From Bacteroidia bacterium (lineage in GTDB: Bacteria > Bacteroidota > Bacteroidia > Bacteroidales > VadinHA17), in NCBI GenBank assembly GCA_026391215.1, contig JAPLDX010000055.1, positions 478-64,477 on the forward strand: a stretch of DNA of 64,000 bases, in the 5' to 3' direction. How positions within the stretch are numbered: the stretch's first letter is position 1; every line of letters begins with the position of its first letter. Shown one piece after another: positions 36,623 to 49,359 of the stretch. The notes under the pieces were generated by a model. The model searched no databases. It saw only the letters and a list, made by a program, of their open reading frames with translations, and was not told the origin of the DNA. The translations under genes and the position numbers were made by a program.

Positions 36623-39600
36623 ATGAGCATTATAACAAAAGTCCTGGGTTTTTTTCTGGGGAATAAGTATGAGAAGGACATTAAGGAGATAAATCCTTAT
36701 GTTGAAAAGATCCGTGCAGAATTTGACAAACTCAGGGATATTTCAAACGACCAGTTAAGAGACAAAACTCTGGAAATAAAGAAGGTGATATTTGATAATA
36801 TTGAAGAAGACGAAAAAGAGATAAGATCATTAAAGGAAAAGGCTGAAGCTGAAGAAAATGTTTACCAGAAAGAAGAGATATATAACCAGATTGATAAGTT
36901 TGAAAAGCTCATTGACGAAAAGCTGGAGGAAATTCTTGATCAGTGCGTTCCCGCTGCATTTGCAGTAATGAAGGAGACTGCCAGGAGATTCAAGGAAAAC
37001 AGCGTTATAGAAGTTACGGCAAGGCAGTATGACAGGGATCTGGCTGCTACGAGGGAAAGCATCACTGTAAAAGATGATAAGGCTTACTGGCAGAACAAGT
37101 GGATCGCAGGAGGAAACGAGATCGTATGGGATATGGTACATTACGATGTCCAGCTGATAGGAGGTGTGGCTCTTCATAAGGGGAAAATTGCCGAAATGGC
37201 TACAGGTGAGGGTAAAACAGTAGTTGCTACGCTTCCTGTATTCCTGAATGCCCTTGCCGGGAGAGGAGTGCATATAGTAACAGTCAACGATTATCTTTCA
37301 AAAAGAGACTCTGAATGGATGGGGCCCATGTATGAATTCCATGGCCTGAAAGTTGACTGTATTGATAAACATCAGCCTAACTCAGTCGACAGAAGGAAAG
37401 CATATAACGCCGATATCACTTTCGGGACCAACAATGAATTTGGATTCGATTATCTGAGGGATAATATGGCAATTAATCCTGAGGACCTTGTGCAGCGCAA
37501 GCACCATTATGCCATTGTGGATGAAGTTGACTCTGTGCTTGTGGATGATGCACGTACTCCGCTTATAATATCCGGCCCAACGGCCAAAAGCGATACACAG
37601 CAGTTTGATGAGCTTAAGCCAAAAGTGGATAAGCTGGTTACAGCTCAGAAAAAACTTGTCACACAGATACTTGCTGATGCGAAACGACTTATTGGCGAAG
37701 AAAAGAATGAGGAAGGGGGAAAGCTTCTTTTAAGAGCATATAAAGGCCTTCCAAAAAATAATGCACTGATAAAATTCTTAAGCGAGGAAGGCAATAAGAC
37801 ACTGCTTCAGAAGACTGAAAACTTCTATATGCAGAACAACAGCAAGGATATGCCCAAGGTGACTGATGAGTTATATTTTGTAATTGAAGAACAACAAAAT
37901 TCAATTGAACTGAGGGAAAAAGGGATTGATCTCATCTCAGATTCGGTTGAGGATGCAAGCTTTTTCATTCTTCCCGATGTGGGATCAAAAATAGCCGAAC
38001 TCGAAAAATCAGGAAAAGACGAACGGGAAAAACTAAAAATAAAGGATGAGCTTCTGCAGGATTATTCCGTGAAGTCGGAGAGGGTTCATACAATGACACA
38101 GCTACTCAAGGCGTGGACTCTTTTTGACAGGGATGTGGAATATGTCGTCATGGATAACAAGGTGAAGATTGTCGATGAGCAGACAGGCAGGATACTTGAA
38201 GGCAGAAGATACTCCGACGGTCTTCACCAGGCTATTGAAGCAAAGGAAAATGTCAAAGTTGAAGCCGCAACACAAACATATGCAACAATAACCCTGCAGA
38301 ACTACTTCAGGATGTACCACAAGCTTGCAGGTATGACAGGTACTGCTGAAACTGAGGCAGGAGAGTTCTGGAATATTTACAAGCTTGATGTAGTGGTCAT
38401 TCCTACAAATGTAAAAGTGATCAGGAATGACAGGGAAGATATAATCTACAAAACAAAAAGAGAGAAGTACAATGCCGTCATTGACGAAATTTCGGAAATG
38501 TATCGTCAGGGAAGACCTGTTCTTGTAGGAACGACCTCAGTTGAAATATCTGAATTGCTGAGCAGGATGCTCAAGATGAAAGGCTTAAAGCATAATGTTC
38601 TTAATGCCAAGCTTCATCAGAGAGAGGCAGAGATTGTTGCAGAGGCAGGTAAGACAGGAACAATTACAATTGCCACCAATATGGCAGGGCGTGGTACCGA
38701 CATTAAGCTTACTAATGAAGTAAAAAAGGCCGGAGGACTGGCAATTATAGGAACCGAAAGGCATGAATCACGAAGGGTGGACAGGCAGCTGAGGGGACGT
38801 GCAGGAAGACAGGGTGACCCGGGCTCATCACAGTTTTTTGTTTCCCTTGAGGATGAGCTGATGAGACTCTTTGGATCGGAAAGGATAGCAGGTATTATGG
38901 ACAAGCTCGGTCTCAAGGACGGTGAGATGATCCAGCATTCCATGATCACCAAATCAATAGAACGTGCACAGAAAAAAGTTGAAGAGAACAATTTCGGCAT
39001 CAGGAAGAGGCTCCTTGAATACGATGATGTGATGAACTCACAAAGAGAGGTTATCTACAAGAAAAGACGACATGCCCTTCTTGGCGAACGATTAAGCGTT
39101 GATGTTGCAAATTCAATGTTCGATGTTACTGAAAGTCTTGTCGAAACATATCACAATGAAGGAGATTTTGAAGGTTTTGATTTTGACCTTATACGTTCAT
39201 TTTCAATGGATTCTCCTGTTCCTTCCGAGGAGTTTAACAAGAGCTCATCAGTAGAAATAACTGAAAAAATATATTCAAAAGTTCTGGATACATACAGGAG
39301 GAAAGTTGAGACTATTTCTCAGCAGGCCTACCCGGTTCTGAAAGATGTTTATGAACGAATGTCACATGTCTACGAAAACGTGGTAGTTCCCATATCTGAC
39401 GGTGTTAAGGTATTCCAGGTTGTTACAAATCTTAAAGCCACAGCTGAATCGGAAGGGAAAGAGCTGGCGAAAGCGTATGAAAAAACGGTAGTTCTGGCGA
39501 CAATAGACGAAGCATGGAAAGAGCATCTGAGGGAAATGGATGAGCTAAAGACGTCAGTTCAGAATGCTACCTATGAGCAGAAAGACCCTCTGCTTATCTA

Positions 39601-39937
39601 CAAGTTCGAGTCATTTGGACTGTTCAAGACAATGCTTGATAAGGTGAATAAGGACGTTGTAAGCACATTGATGAAGGGATATATTCCTAATCAGGATCCG
39701 GATCAGGTAAAAGAGGCTCAGCGTCGCCGGCAGGTCGAGAACCTGAGAACATCCAAGAGTGATTTTTCACAATATAGCAGCACAGGAGGCGGCAGTCAGG
39801 ATAAAAACCAAAAAACCGAACCTGTAAGGGTTGATAAGAAAGTAGGACGTAATGACCCCTGCCCATGCGGGAGCGGCAAAAAATATAAGCATTGTCATGG
39901 TTTGCAGCAGGCTGCCGGAGCCCCGCCTGCTAAATAA
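36623..39937 (+). CDS. secA: Preprotein translocase ATPase SecA
   Basis: [46 protein letters not shown] and the C-terminal zinc motif [14 protein letters not shown]. Confidence 0.97.
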   Translation: MSIITKVLGFFLGNKYEKDIKEINPYVEKIRAEFDKLRDISNDQLRDKTLEIKKVIFDNIEEDEKEIRSLKEKAEAEENVYQKEEIYNQIDKFEKLIDEKLEEILDQCVPAAFAVMKETARRFKENSVIEVTARQYDRDLAATRESITVKDDKAYWQNKWIAGGNEIVWDMVHYDVQLIGGVALHKGKIAEMATGEGKTVVATLPVFLNALAGRGVHIVTVNDYLSKRDSEWMGPMYEFHGLKVDCIDKHQPNSVDRRKAYNADITFGTNNEFGFDYLRDNMAINPEDLVQRKHHYAIVDEVDSVLVDDARTPLIISGPTAKSDTQQFDELKPKVDKLVTAQKKLVTQILADAKRLIGEEKNEEGGKLLLRAYKGLPKNNALIKFLSEEGNKTLLQKTENFYMQNNSKDMPKVTDELYFVIEEQQNSIELREKGIDLISDSVEDASFFILPDVGSKIAELEKSGKDEREKLKIKDELLQDYSVKSERVHTMTQLLKAWTLFDRDVEYVVMDNKVKIVDEQTGRILEGRRYSDGLHQAIEAKENVKVEAATQTYATITLQNYFRMYHKLAGMTGTAETEAGEFWNIYKLDVVVIPTNVKVIRNDREDIIYKTKREKYNAVIDEISEMYRQGRPVLVGTTSVEISELLSRMLKMKGLKHNVLNAKLHQREAEIVAEAGKTGTITIATNMAGRGTDIKLTNEVKKAGGLAIIGTERHESRRVDRQLRGRAGRQGDPGSSQFFVSLEDELMRLFGSERIAGIMDKLGLKDGEMIQHSMITKSIERAQKKVEENNFGIRKRLLEYDDVMNSQREVIYKKRRHALLGERLSVDVANSMFDVTESLVETYHNEGDFEGFDFDLIRSFSMDSPVPSEEFNKSSSVEITEKIYSKVLDTYRRKVETISQQAYPVLKDVYERMSHVYENVVVPISDGVKVFQVVTNLKATAESEGKELAKAYEKTVVLATIDEAWKEHLREMDELKTSVQNATYEQKDPLLIYKFESFGLFKTMLDKVNKDVVSTLMKGYIPNQDPDQVKEAQRRRQVENLRTSKSDFSQYSSTGGGSQDKNQKTEPVRVDKKVGRNDPCPCGSGKKYKHCHGLQQAAGAPPAK

Positions 39938-39945
39938 TTCCAGGA

Positions 39946-40824
39946 TTACCTTGTCTCTTCCACGGCTTTCTGTATCCTCGAAAAAACTGTCTGGTTGACA
40001 GGAACAAGCGGAAGCCTTAAAATATTCTGACAGATATTCATTATGCTCAGGAAAGCTTTTATTCCTGAAGGATTTCCGTCTGCAAAGCACAATTCTATCA
40101 ATTCAATAAGACGGAACTGGATCTCACGGGCAGCCTTGTATTCATTTTTTAACAAATGACGGACAAGCTCGCTGCATTCTGCCGGATAAGCATTTGCAAG
40201 AACAGATATCACACCATCTCCTCCTGCTGCCACGACAGGCAGGGTAAGCATGTCATCCCCCGAAATAACAAGGAAATTCTCTGGTTTCTCTTTAATTATC
40301 CTCATTATATGGGCCAGATCGCCTGAAGCTTCTTTTACAGCAACAATATTTGTACATTCATTGGCAAGCTTAAGGCATGTATCTGAAGTGATATTACAGC
40401 TTGTTCTTCCCGGAACATTATAAATGATCAATGGCAACGGACTGGATTCTGAGATAGCTTTAAAATGCTGAAAAATCCCGGTCTGGCTCGGCTTGTTATA
40501 ATATGGCGTAACAGACAATATTCCGTCAACTCCTTCCAGGTTTAATTCCCTGATGGTGTTAATAACCTCCTGAGTATTGTTTCCGCCAATACCGACAACC
40601 AGAGGTACACGATTGTTAATCGCTCTGGTAACATATGATAATACAGCCTTCTTTTCATCCAATGTAAGGGTGGAGGCTTCGCCTGTTGTACCCATAACTA
40701 CGATATAGTTTACGCCTCCTTTAATTACATGACTTACCACCCGGCCAAGAGCATCATAATCAATACTTAAATCGTTTTTGAATGGTGTGACAATAGCCAC
40801 GCCGGTACCTTTGAATTTTTCCAT
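39946..40824 (-). CDS. dapA: 4-hydroxy-tetrahydrodipicolinate synthase
   Basis: GTGVAIVTPF, MGTTGEASTLT, YNVPGRT and VKEASGD. Confidence 0.92.
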   Translation of the reverse strand: MEKFKGTGVAIVTPFKNDLSIDYDALGRVVSHVIKGGVNYIVVMGTTGEASTLTLDEKKAVLSYVTRAINNRVPLVVGIGGNNTQEVINTIRELNLEGVDGILSVTPYYNKPSQTGIFQHFKAISESSPLPLIIYNVPGRTSCNITSDTCLKLANECTNIVAVKEASGDLAHIMRIIKEKPENFLVISGDDMLTLPVVAAGGDGVISVLANAYPAECSELVRHLLKNEYKAAREIQFRLIELIELCFADGNPSGIKAFLSIMNICQNILRLPLVPVNQTVFSRIQKAVEETR

Positions 40825-40826
40825 AA

Positions 40827-41402
40827 TTAATTTTTATCAGCTTGTACTGATGATCCTGAATTTATCATCTCCAGATAATGAACAACGTTAGAAAGATATT
40901 CTTCAATACGTACAGGCTTTTTCAATTCAATCATCAGATCGAAAGTTGAAGAGTCTGCTTCCTTGTCAAACAATCCAACCTTGAAGCTGGCTTTGGATAA
41001 GGAGGATATATAACATAACGGAAATGATTTTTCAAAATTAACATCGATCAGTACGTCGAACATTGTATTGATGAACCTCTCTGTTTCAGATGATACCGGA
41101 ACATAAAATAAATTGATCTCCTGTTTCCTGAAACAGGTAAGATACCTCAGCGCAGTATATTGATTTGGGAGCTCTTTCCCCGGGTAATACCCAAGAATGT
41201 TTACGTTAATACCTCTTTCATTCATTTGTTGATGAAACCTTGACAGATTAATGAAATCCTCAGGTTTTGAGGCATCCCATATAATACCTATGCTTTTTAT
41301 ACGGCTTATATTTGAGTAAAAAACTTTTCTCCTGACCTTTCCAAGCTTCTTTGAAAGGATTGAGTTTCCTGTTTTCAGCCTGATCTCACTGAATAATTCC
41401 AT
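40827..41402 (-). CDS. Hypothetical 191-aa protein (no recognisable motif)
   Basis: Uninterrupted ORF packed between ligA and dapA (gaps of 46 and 2 nt) on the same strand. Confidence 0.6.
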   Translation of the reverse strand: MELFSEIRLKTGNSILSKKLGKVRRKVFYSNISRIKSIGIIWDASKPEDFINLSRFHQQMNERGINVNILGYYPGKELPNQYTALRYLTCFRKQEINLFYVPVSSETERFINTMFDVLIDVNFEKSFPLCYISSLSKASFKVGLFDKEADSSTFDLMIELKKPVRIEEYLSNVVHYLEMINSGSSVQADKN

Positions 41403-41448
41403 AATGCAAACCTAACAGTTTTTTATTAATGTAAGCAGGGTAAAAATA

Positions 41449-43464
<2,016 letters not shown>

Positions 43465-43479
43465 TCATCACAGCTTTAA

Positions 43480-44616
43480 TCAACCCCATACACCATCAAT
43501 AACATTCTTGCAATTCTTGCATTTTCCTCCCTCCATATTGTTTACGGTAATCCTGTAACCCTGTCTTCCAATAACTGTCGTACCGCAGGAGGGACACTTT
43601 GTATCAGCCATTTCATTTCCCGGCACATTGCCGATATAGACATATTTTAATCCTTCAGCGATGGCAATCTTTAATGCATCCCTCAGCAGCTCGACCGGAG
43701 TAGGAGGCAGCTGTTCAAGTTTGTGAGTAGGATAGAACCTGCTGAAATGCAGTGGAGTCTCCTTGAATCCGTTCTCACTTAGCCATTTGCACATTCTGCC
43801 TATCTCTTCAGTATTATCGCTCCATGTGGGTACAATCAGGTTTGTGATTTCAAGCCATGTCCCCATATCCTTGTATATTTTGAGCGCATCAAGTACAGGT
43901 TGAAGCTTGCCTCCGGTGAGCTTTAGATAGGTGCTGTCATTAAAAGATTTAAGGTCAACATTTGCTGCATCAAGTACACTGCAAATCTTTCTTAACGGTT
44001 CAGGATTGATATATCCATTTGTTTTAAAAATGTTTTTTACACCCGAATTTTTTGCAATAGAGGCAGTTTCATAGGCATATTCATAAAATGTTGTCGGCTC
44101 AGAGTATGTATATGCAATAGATTTGCAATTATTCCTGATACTCTCCTCTACAACTCTTTCCGGCAACAGGTCGTAATTTCTTGTTTTATCAGGACTGGTT
44201 TGTGAGATTGTCCAGTTCTGGCAGTTAAGACAGGCAAGATTACATCCTGCCGTAGCTATTGAATATGCCCTTGATCCCGGGAAAAAATGATAAAGGGGTT
44301 TCTTTTCAATGGGATCCACATTGGCAGAGCACGGATTGCCATATGCCATGGTATAAAGTTTGGAATTGCGGACTATCCTGTTTCTGCAGTCACTGATCTC
44401 ACCCTCTTTAAGAACACATTCGTTTGGACATATCCTGCATACTATTCCTCTCGGCGTCTCTTCCTGGAACATGGCGACTTTACGATGCAATTCCTGCTCC
44501 CCCGGAATGACGCCATTCATAAAAGCAGAACATGGATATGTAACAATACCTGCCGAGAATGCCAGGCATTTTTTCACAAAGTCGCGTTTACTTTTATTAT
44601 AAGATCTATCTCTCAT
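43480..44616 (-). CDS. amrS: AmmeMemoRadiSam system radical SAM enzyme (AmrS-like) with Tat-like N-terminus
   Basis: Radical SAM motif CNLACLNCQN and C-terminal Cys pairs (CPSCG..CKNC). The N-terminus SKRDFVKKCLAFSAGIVTYPCSAF resembles a twin-arginine-type signal carrying KR. Adjacent to Memo/AMMECR1 genes. Confidence 0.8.
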   Translation of the reverse strand: MRDRSYNKSKRDFVKKCLAFSAGIVTYPCSAFMNGVIPGEQELHRKVAMFQEETPRGIVCRICPNECVLKEGEISDCRNRIVRNSKLYTMAYGNPCSANVDPIEKKPLYHFFPGSRAYSIATAGCNLACLNCQNWTISQTSPDKTRNYDLLPERVVEESIRNNCKSIAYTYSEPTTFYEYAYETASIAKNSGVKNIFKTNGYINPEPLRKICSVLDAANVDLKSFNDSTYLKLTGGKLQPVLDALKIYKDMGTWLEITNLIVPTWSDNTEEIGRMCKWLSENGFKETPLHFSRFYPTHKLEQLPPTPVELLRDALKIAIAEGLKYVYIGNVPGNEMADTKCPSCGTTVIGRQGYRITVNNMEGGKCKNCKNVIDGVWG

Positions 44617-44645
44617 TTTAATGAATGCTCCAGAGAATAAAACTA

Positions 44646-47069
44646 CTATTTGTTCCTGTTTGTTCCAAGAAGAATCCCGGCAAAAATCAGGCCCGATAAT
44701 AAAAATATTGAAGCTTTCAACCCGATTAGTGGAATTGCCACACCTGAAATGAGGATAAATCCGAAAGCTGATCCGGCAAGATCTGCACTATAGATTACGG
44801 CAGATGCTGATCCGTTATTATCTGTGATGGTAAGTTCACGGAAAATATGACCTGTAATAAATGAGGGTAAAAGGGCTGATATTATTATAATAAGTATTGC
44901 CGCAGGAATGCTGTTGACCGACAACAGAAAACTGGCACCCATGGCAACTATGGCATAATATGCGATCAGGAAAAGGGCTTTGACCTTTAATGATAATGCA
45001 TTCAGGAACCTTATGTTCATTCCTGCACCGGCAGCCAGACCAGCCATAAGCGCTGCCAGAATAATACCGGTGAATTGATACATATTGCCTACTGTAAGCT
45101 GAAGCGATAACAGAATGATTATTTCAAAACCTGACAACGCAGAGGCACTGCAATACATTAAAAGGTTTTTTCTTCGCACGGTAAGGACGGGCAATGCGAA
45201 AATTACTATCATAAGAATTATTGACGGGATCTTTTCGTTAAGATTCTTGCTTATGCTGTATGACTGGAAATGAAAGCTTGCTGTCGGGAATACTGAACTG
45301 TTTTTCCTAACCTGTGGATCAAGAAGTGAAATAATCTCAGCTGATTTATTCTCCATCAGGTCGTCAGCAAGGAAATCGGAGCAGACATAGACATTATTTA
45401 TATTTCTTTCCTCTGTAAGTCTGCAAATTGAAGCTGACACTTCAGAGTCTGATGCAATAAAGTAGAGTTTATTTCCGGCAACAGGCTTTACATATTTGAA
45501 TACTCCGGCTAAGCTGTTATAAATGGATGAAAAAAAGTTAATGGATTCTTTGTTGGGGTAATTATCCCATATCCCGGGCGAGCACATGAATATACCTCCT
45601 GAGGTAAGTCTTTTCTTAGCATCAACAAAGAACTCCTTGGTGTAATACCTGTTCAGTGAGAGGGTAGAAGGTGGAGGCAGAAGAAGCAGGATCGCATCGA
45701 ATTTATCTCCCCTGCTTTTCATGTACCTGAATGCATCCTTATTTTCAATCTTCAGCTCTGCACTGCCGGGATCAGCTTGTTCTGTTACTGATTTTATCAG
45801 TTCAGGATCCCTCTCAATATAAACAACTTCTTTTACAGGGTACTTAATTATCTCAGGCAGATGCGATTTCAGGGATCCTGAAATAAGCAGAACTTTTTCA
45901 GGATTCTTCTTCTGAAGCATAGCATAGTGTATGTTTTCTTCTCTTTCAGCTACATCACCAGAATAGACAAGCAACCTGTGATTAAAATATATGCTTTTCT
46001 CGCCTTTGTATTCCCCGGTTGTAATATTCCCGTATGGAGTATCCTGTGTATCAGTGATTTTGACTCCTGGCATGAGTAGTTGCCTGATATGGACATCCGG
46101 ATCGGATAAAATAATTATAGTCGCAAGAACTGCCGTAACTGTCTTTATTATGATTTTTATTTTCCTGTTATGGATATAACCTGTCAGAAGAGCATAAGCC
46201 ACTGCCAACAGAATAATTGTAAGGAGAAGCTGATATGTATTGAACCAGCCTGCAGTAAGAACCGACAGAATAATACCAGCCGCAATTCCGCCGATGGTCT
46301 CAATGGAAAAGGATTTGCCCGGAATGAAATCATTACCTGATTTTGCAGCGGCAATAAGCTTGACAAAGCTGAAACCTGATACCAGGCAGAAGGGGACCAA
46401 AACCAGGAAGGTGAAAATCATGCTTAAAAGGAATGAGGGAGTCACTCCGGTTTGCAGGAAAAGCCTGGAGAAAAGGATAAGCAATGCAATGGAAATCAAA
46501 GGACTTACTGAAAACATCAGGTTGATCCTGCGGATGTCATTCAGCGCTGATTTTCCTGCAGCTGCAGCACCGATTCCTGATGCAATAAGCCATGAGCCAA
46601 GAAATATTCCTGCAGTTAGTTCATAGCCGCCCGAAATATTCATCACCTCCCTGATCAGCAGGATCTGTACTGACATGCTGGTAAATCCGATGAGAAACAG
46701 ATTGATGCTGATATCTGAAGGGCTCATTTTGGTATAGGTATGCATCCCTGAAGGCTCTTCAGTTCCGGAAAATATTTTGCTGAAATACGATAAGTGCCAG
46801 ATAAAGTGAAATATGCCGGTTATTGCCATACCGGCTCCTGTTTCAACATGCCATTTTAATATAGATTTTATTCCCGGTATATCCCATTTGAAATTTATTT
46901 GCAGCGCCATAAACAGACCGGCCAGCGCTGTAAAAATAAAAGTTATGGCAAGGACGGAATTCCAGAGTCTCCTGTGCCAGGCAAGAGAATATACACCTGT
47001 CCGGTAAAAAATGAAGCTTATTAAATAGAGAACAGAGACAGTAATTCCTGTTCCGATGACATGATACAT
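44646..47069 (-). CDS. Polytopic membrane protein with central spermidine-synthase-like (Rossmann) domain
   Basis: 807 aa with many hydrophobic helices at both ends. The central soluble segment KVLLISGSLKSHLPEIIKYPVKEVVYIERDPEL...DAILLLLPPPS...YTKEFF resembles SpeE-type fold motifs, but the Gly-rich loop and acidic residues are degenerate. Confidence 0.7.
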   Translation of the reverse strand: MYHVIGTGITVSVLYLISFIFYRTGVYSLAWHRRLWNSVLAITFIFTALAGLFMALQINFKWDIPGIKSILKWHVETGAGMAITGIFHFIWHLSYFSKIFSGTEEPSGMHTYTKMSPSDISINLFLIGFTSMSVQILLIREVMNISGGYELTAGIFLGSWLIASGIGAAAAGKSALNDIRRINLMFSVSPLISIALLILFSRLFLQTGVTPSFLLSMIFTFLVLVPFCLVSGFSFVKLIAAAKSGNDFIPGKSFSIETIGGIAAGIILSVLTAGWFNTYQLLLTIILLAVAYALLTGYIHNRKIKIIIKTVTAVLATIIILSDPDVHIRQLLMPGVKITDTQDTPYGNITTGEYKGEKSIYFNHRLLVYSGDVAEREENIHYAMLQKKNPEKVLLISGSLKSHLPEIIKYPVKEVVYIERDPELIKSVTEQADPGSAELKIENKDAFRYMKSRGDKFDAILLLLPPPSTLSLNRYYTKEFFVDAKKRLTSGGIFMCSPGIWDNYPNKESINFFSSIYNSLAGVFKYVKPVAGNKLYFIASDSEVSASICRLTEERNINNVYVCSDFLADDLMENKSAEIISLLDPQVRKNSSVFPTASFHFQSYSISKNLNEKIPSIILMIVIFALPVLTVRRKNLLMYCSASALSGFEIIILLSLQLTVGNMYQFTGIILAALMAGLAAGAGMNIRFLNALSLKVKALFLIAYYAIVAMGASFLLSVNSIPAAILIIIISALLPSFITGHIFRELTITDNNGSASAVIYSADLAGSAFGFILISGVAIPLIGLKASIFLLSGLIFAGILLGTNRNK

Positions 47070-47071
47070 AG

Positions 47072-48580
47072 TTACTTCTTGTTTTCTTCAAGTACGATAC
47101 CCTCATAGATGAAGATCTCGGCATTTTTCCAGCCATCCCATCCCAGTCCTGCCTTATCCCTTGAGGTATAGCCAAGGAACTGTTCAACTGTCCAGTTATT
47201 TTCTGTCGCTACCTGTGGCAGCATGGTACCTGCCCGGAAATCCTTCTTTATATAAATCCCATGTTTCCCCAGAACTATCTCGCTGATATTGTCGATTTTT
47301 TTCATGGGACCCAGGACCGTTATCTCCATTTCGATTTTATCAAACTCTTCTTTTGTAAGAGGGTAGAAGCGGGTATCTTCAAAGGCTGATGACAAAGCAG
47401 AAGCCTGGACAACTTCGTAAAGCGGATCAGATGACAGGAATCTTCCTATACAACCCCTGAGATTGCCGTTGATCTTAAGTGTCACAAAAGCTCCCATCTG
47501 TTCTTTCAGAGCTTCGGGTATCTTTTCTTCATCAATGGGATATCTTTTGTTTTCATAAAGCATTGTCCTGATGCTGTTACGAGCTATTGAGAAAAGCTGC
47601 TCTTTTTCCGATATAGAAAATGTAACATCCGCGGATGACGTCTGTTCATTTTTCATATTTAAATTTTTCTCGATCAGGGCAATGGCATTATAACCGACCA
47701 CCCTGTCTTTGTCTCCGTATTGTGTATCACCTGAATTACAATAATCAATCTGTTTGAATTCAAGGTTTTTATCACCTTCAGCCAGATACATCAGTGTAAG
47801 ACCTGAAGTCCATCCGCACATGCTTGTTACCAGACCCGGATAATTCTTTGAAGAATTGTTTTTCATTGCAGTAAGAAAGGCCCGTGGATCACCTGTAACA
47901 ATTCCTTCAGCAGTCTGATTATCAACATAAACAGCATCCTTGTATAACGGGTAGTGTGAAAAATCACTGCTTATCAGGAAGAGATTCTCCGGAGTGAAAT
48001 ATGGTTTGAGAGCTTCGGCAATGAGTTTGATAGTGTTGGTATTATTTGTTCCTATTATTATTGGAACGATCTTCGGTGTTTTTGTATAATAATACTGAAT
48101 CAGCGGAATCTGGACCTCCAGGCTGTGTTCCTGCATGTGTGCAGTGACAGGAAAATCAAAAACCTTGTTTTCACTCTTAAGCTTGCTGGCAATTTCCCTG
48201 TTTACAATCGCTTTTCCCAGCGGGGTTATAAAATCACCGGTATTGTATACTGAGGCGCCATCAAAGGCCATTACATGGCTGGAGCCAATCAGGAAAATAT
48301 TGCTTATTGCGGCATTTTTTGGCGTTATCGACAGGGCCGACGCTGCAATCTTGCCTGAGAAAACATATCCGGCATGAGGGGCTATGATTGCCCTGACTTT
48401 CCATGTGGCTGATGATTTTTTGCATTCAGCGAAAAGACCTGCAATATCACGTGTGAGGGCTTCCTTATCGGCTTCATAAAAACTGCCTGCTGCAACCGGC
48501 TGTCTGTCAGTTGATTTATTCTGGGAATAAATTTCCATAACACTGAAGATTGATAACACGACTATTAATACTCTGCGCAT
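47072..48580 (-). CDS. Fused AmmeMemoRadiSam system protein B (Memo-like) and protein A (AMMECR1-like), with signal peptide
   Basis: Sec-type signal MRRVLIVVLSIFSVMEIYSQ. The Memo motif is IIAPHAGYVFSG. The AMMECR1 motif is GAFVTLKINGNLRGCIGRF. Confidence 0.85.
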   Translation of the reverse strand: MRRVLIVVLSIFSVMEIYSQNKSTDRQPVAAGSFYEADKEALTRDIAGLFAECKKSSATWKVRAIIAPHAGYVFSGKIAASALSITPKNAAISNIFLIGSSHVMAFDGASVYNTGDFITPLGKAIVNREIASKLKSENKVFDFPVTAHMQEHSLEVQIPLIQYYYTKTPKIVPIIIGTNNTNTIKLIAEALKPYFTPENLFLISSDFSHYPLYKDAVYVDNQTAEGIVTGDPRAFLTAMKNNSSKNYPGLVTSMCGWTSGLTLMYLAEGDKNLEFKQIDYCNSGDTQYGDKDRVVGYNAIALIEKNLNMKNEQTSSADVTFSISEKEQLFSIARNSIRTMLYENKRYPIDEEKIPEALKEQMGAFVTLKINGNLRGCIGRFLSSDPLYEVVQASALSSAFEDTRFYPLTKEEFDKIEMEITVLGPMKKIDNISEIVLGKHGIYIKKDFRAGTMLPQVATENNWTVEQFLGYTSRDKAGLGWDGWKNAEIFIYEGIVLEENKK

Positions 48581-48660
48581 AATAATTGAGAATAATGGCG
48601 TACTAAAGTTATGCCAAAAAAATGAGAAAAAATGTTAAAGCTATGAGTTTAGAAAATAGA

Positions 48661-49116
48661 CTAAATGAGAACCATTGACTCTTTCAATATCTCACCATTT
48701 TCATCCGTACCGTAGATTTTAATGCCAAGGCTTACGGTAGGTGTTCCTACCATATCAATTATGGGACTTAAAGCATCCTTGAGGTCCTCTACTTCCATAC
48801 TGTCGAATTCCTCTATATTGAAATAAAGGTGAATAATGAGAGTGGCTTCCGGTTCTTTTATGGCGCAAAGGACCTTTACTATTTTTGCCAGCCATATTGA
48901 TGAGGCTGTATTGAAATATTCAAGATTAAGCCTCAGATTTGTGGTATGCCTCGGATCTTTTGCATACTGATTAACCCATTTCAGTACTTGATCGTATAGA
49001 TCAGCAGCATTTTCGGGAATTGACCTTCCTGAAAGTATCAGTTCTCCTGTAAGATGATTAAGATCAATCTGGGGCGTTTTAACAGTAGACTCAATGTAAA
49101 TATTTTTCAGTTCCAC
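48661..49116 (-). CDS. DUF1987 / SiaC-family protein
   Basis: 151 aa. TPQIDLNHLTGELILSGRSIPENAADLY and LEYFNTASSIWLAKIV match the DUF1987 pattern as I remember it. Confidence 0.65.
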   Translation of the reverse strand: MELKNIYIESTVKTPQIDLNHLTGELILSGRSIPENAADLYDQVLKWVNQYAKDPRHTTNLRLNLEYFNTASSIWLAKIVKVLCAIKEPEATLIIHLYFNIEEFDSMEVEDLKDALSPIIDMVGTPTVSLGIKIYGTDENGEILKESMVLI

Positions 49117-49359
49117 TTGATAAACTATGTTAATGCTTAATCAGTTATGAATTTCATGATAAATTTACATATCTTTTTAACAATAATATTATTCTTCATC
49201 AAATCTTCATCAATAATAATTGTCCGATTGTCAAATATTTTCAACTGTTTGTATAAACAAGTGATTATTTTCATTTTTTGAGAGACAGGTTTTGGATCTC
49301 ATTTTTTATATGTCAATTTATTAAAATGTTATCTTAGCAGCCTGAAATTTGAAGAACAG

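Noticed and set aside
36830-37273. 147-aa minus-strand ORF inside secA, and similar short antisense ORFs throughout the ORF track
   Set aside because: All are embedded in strongly supported genes on the opposite strand or in another frame. None has a recognisable domain.
49117-49359. 243-nt spacer between the SiaC-like gene and argS, checked for tRNA, leader or structured RNA
   Set aside because: It is extremely AT-rich with no stable hairpins, no tRNA-like sequence, and no exact TAnnTTTG box that I could place confidently.
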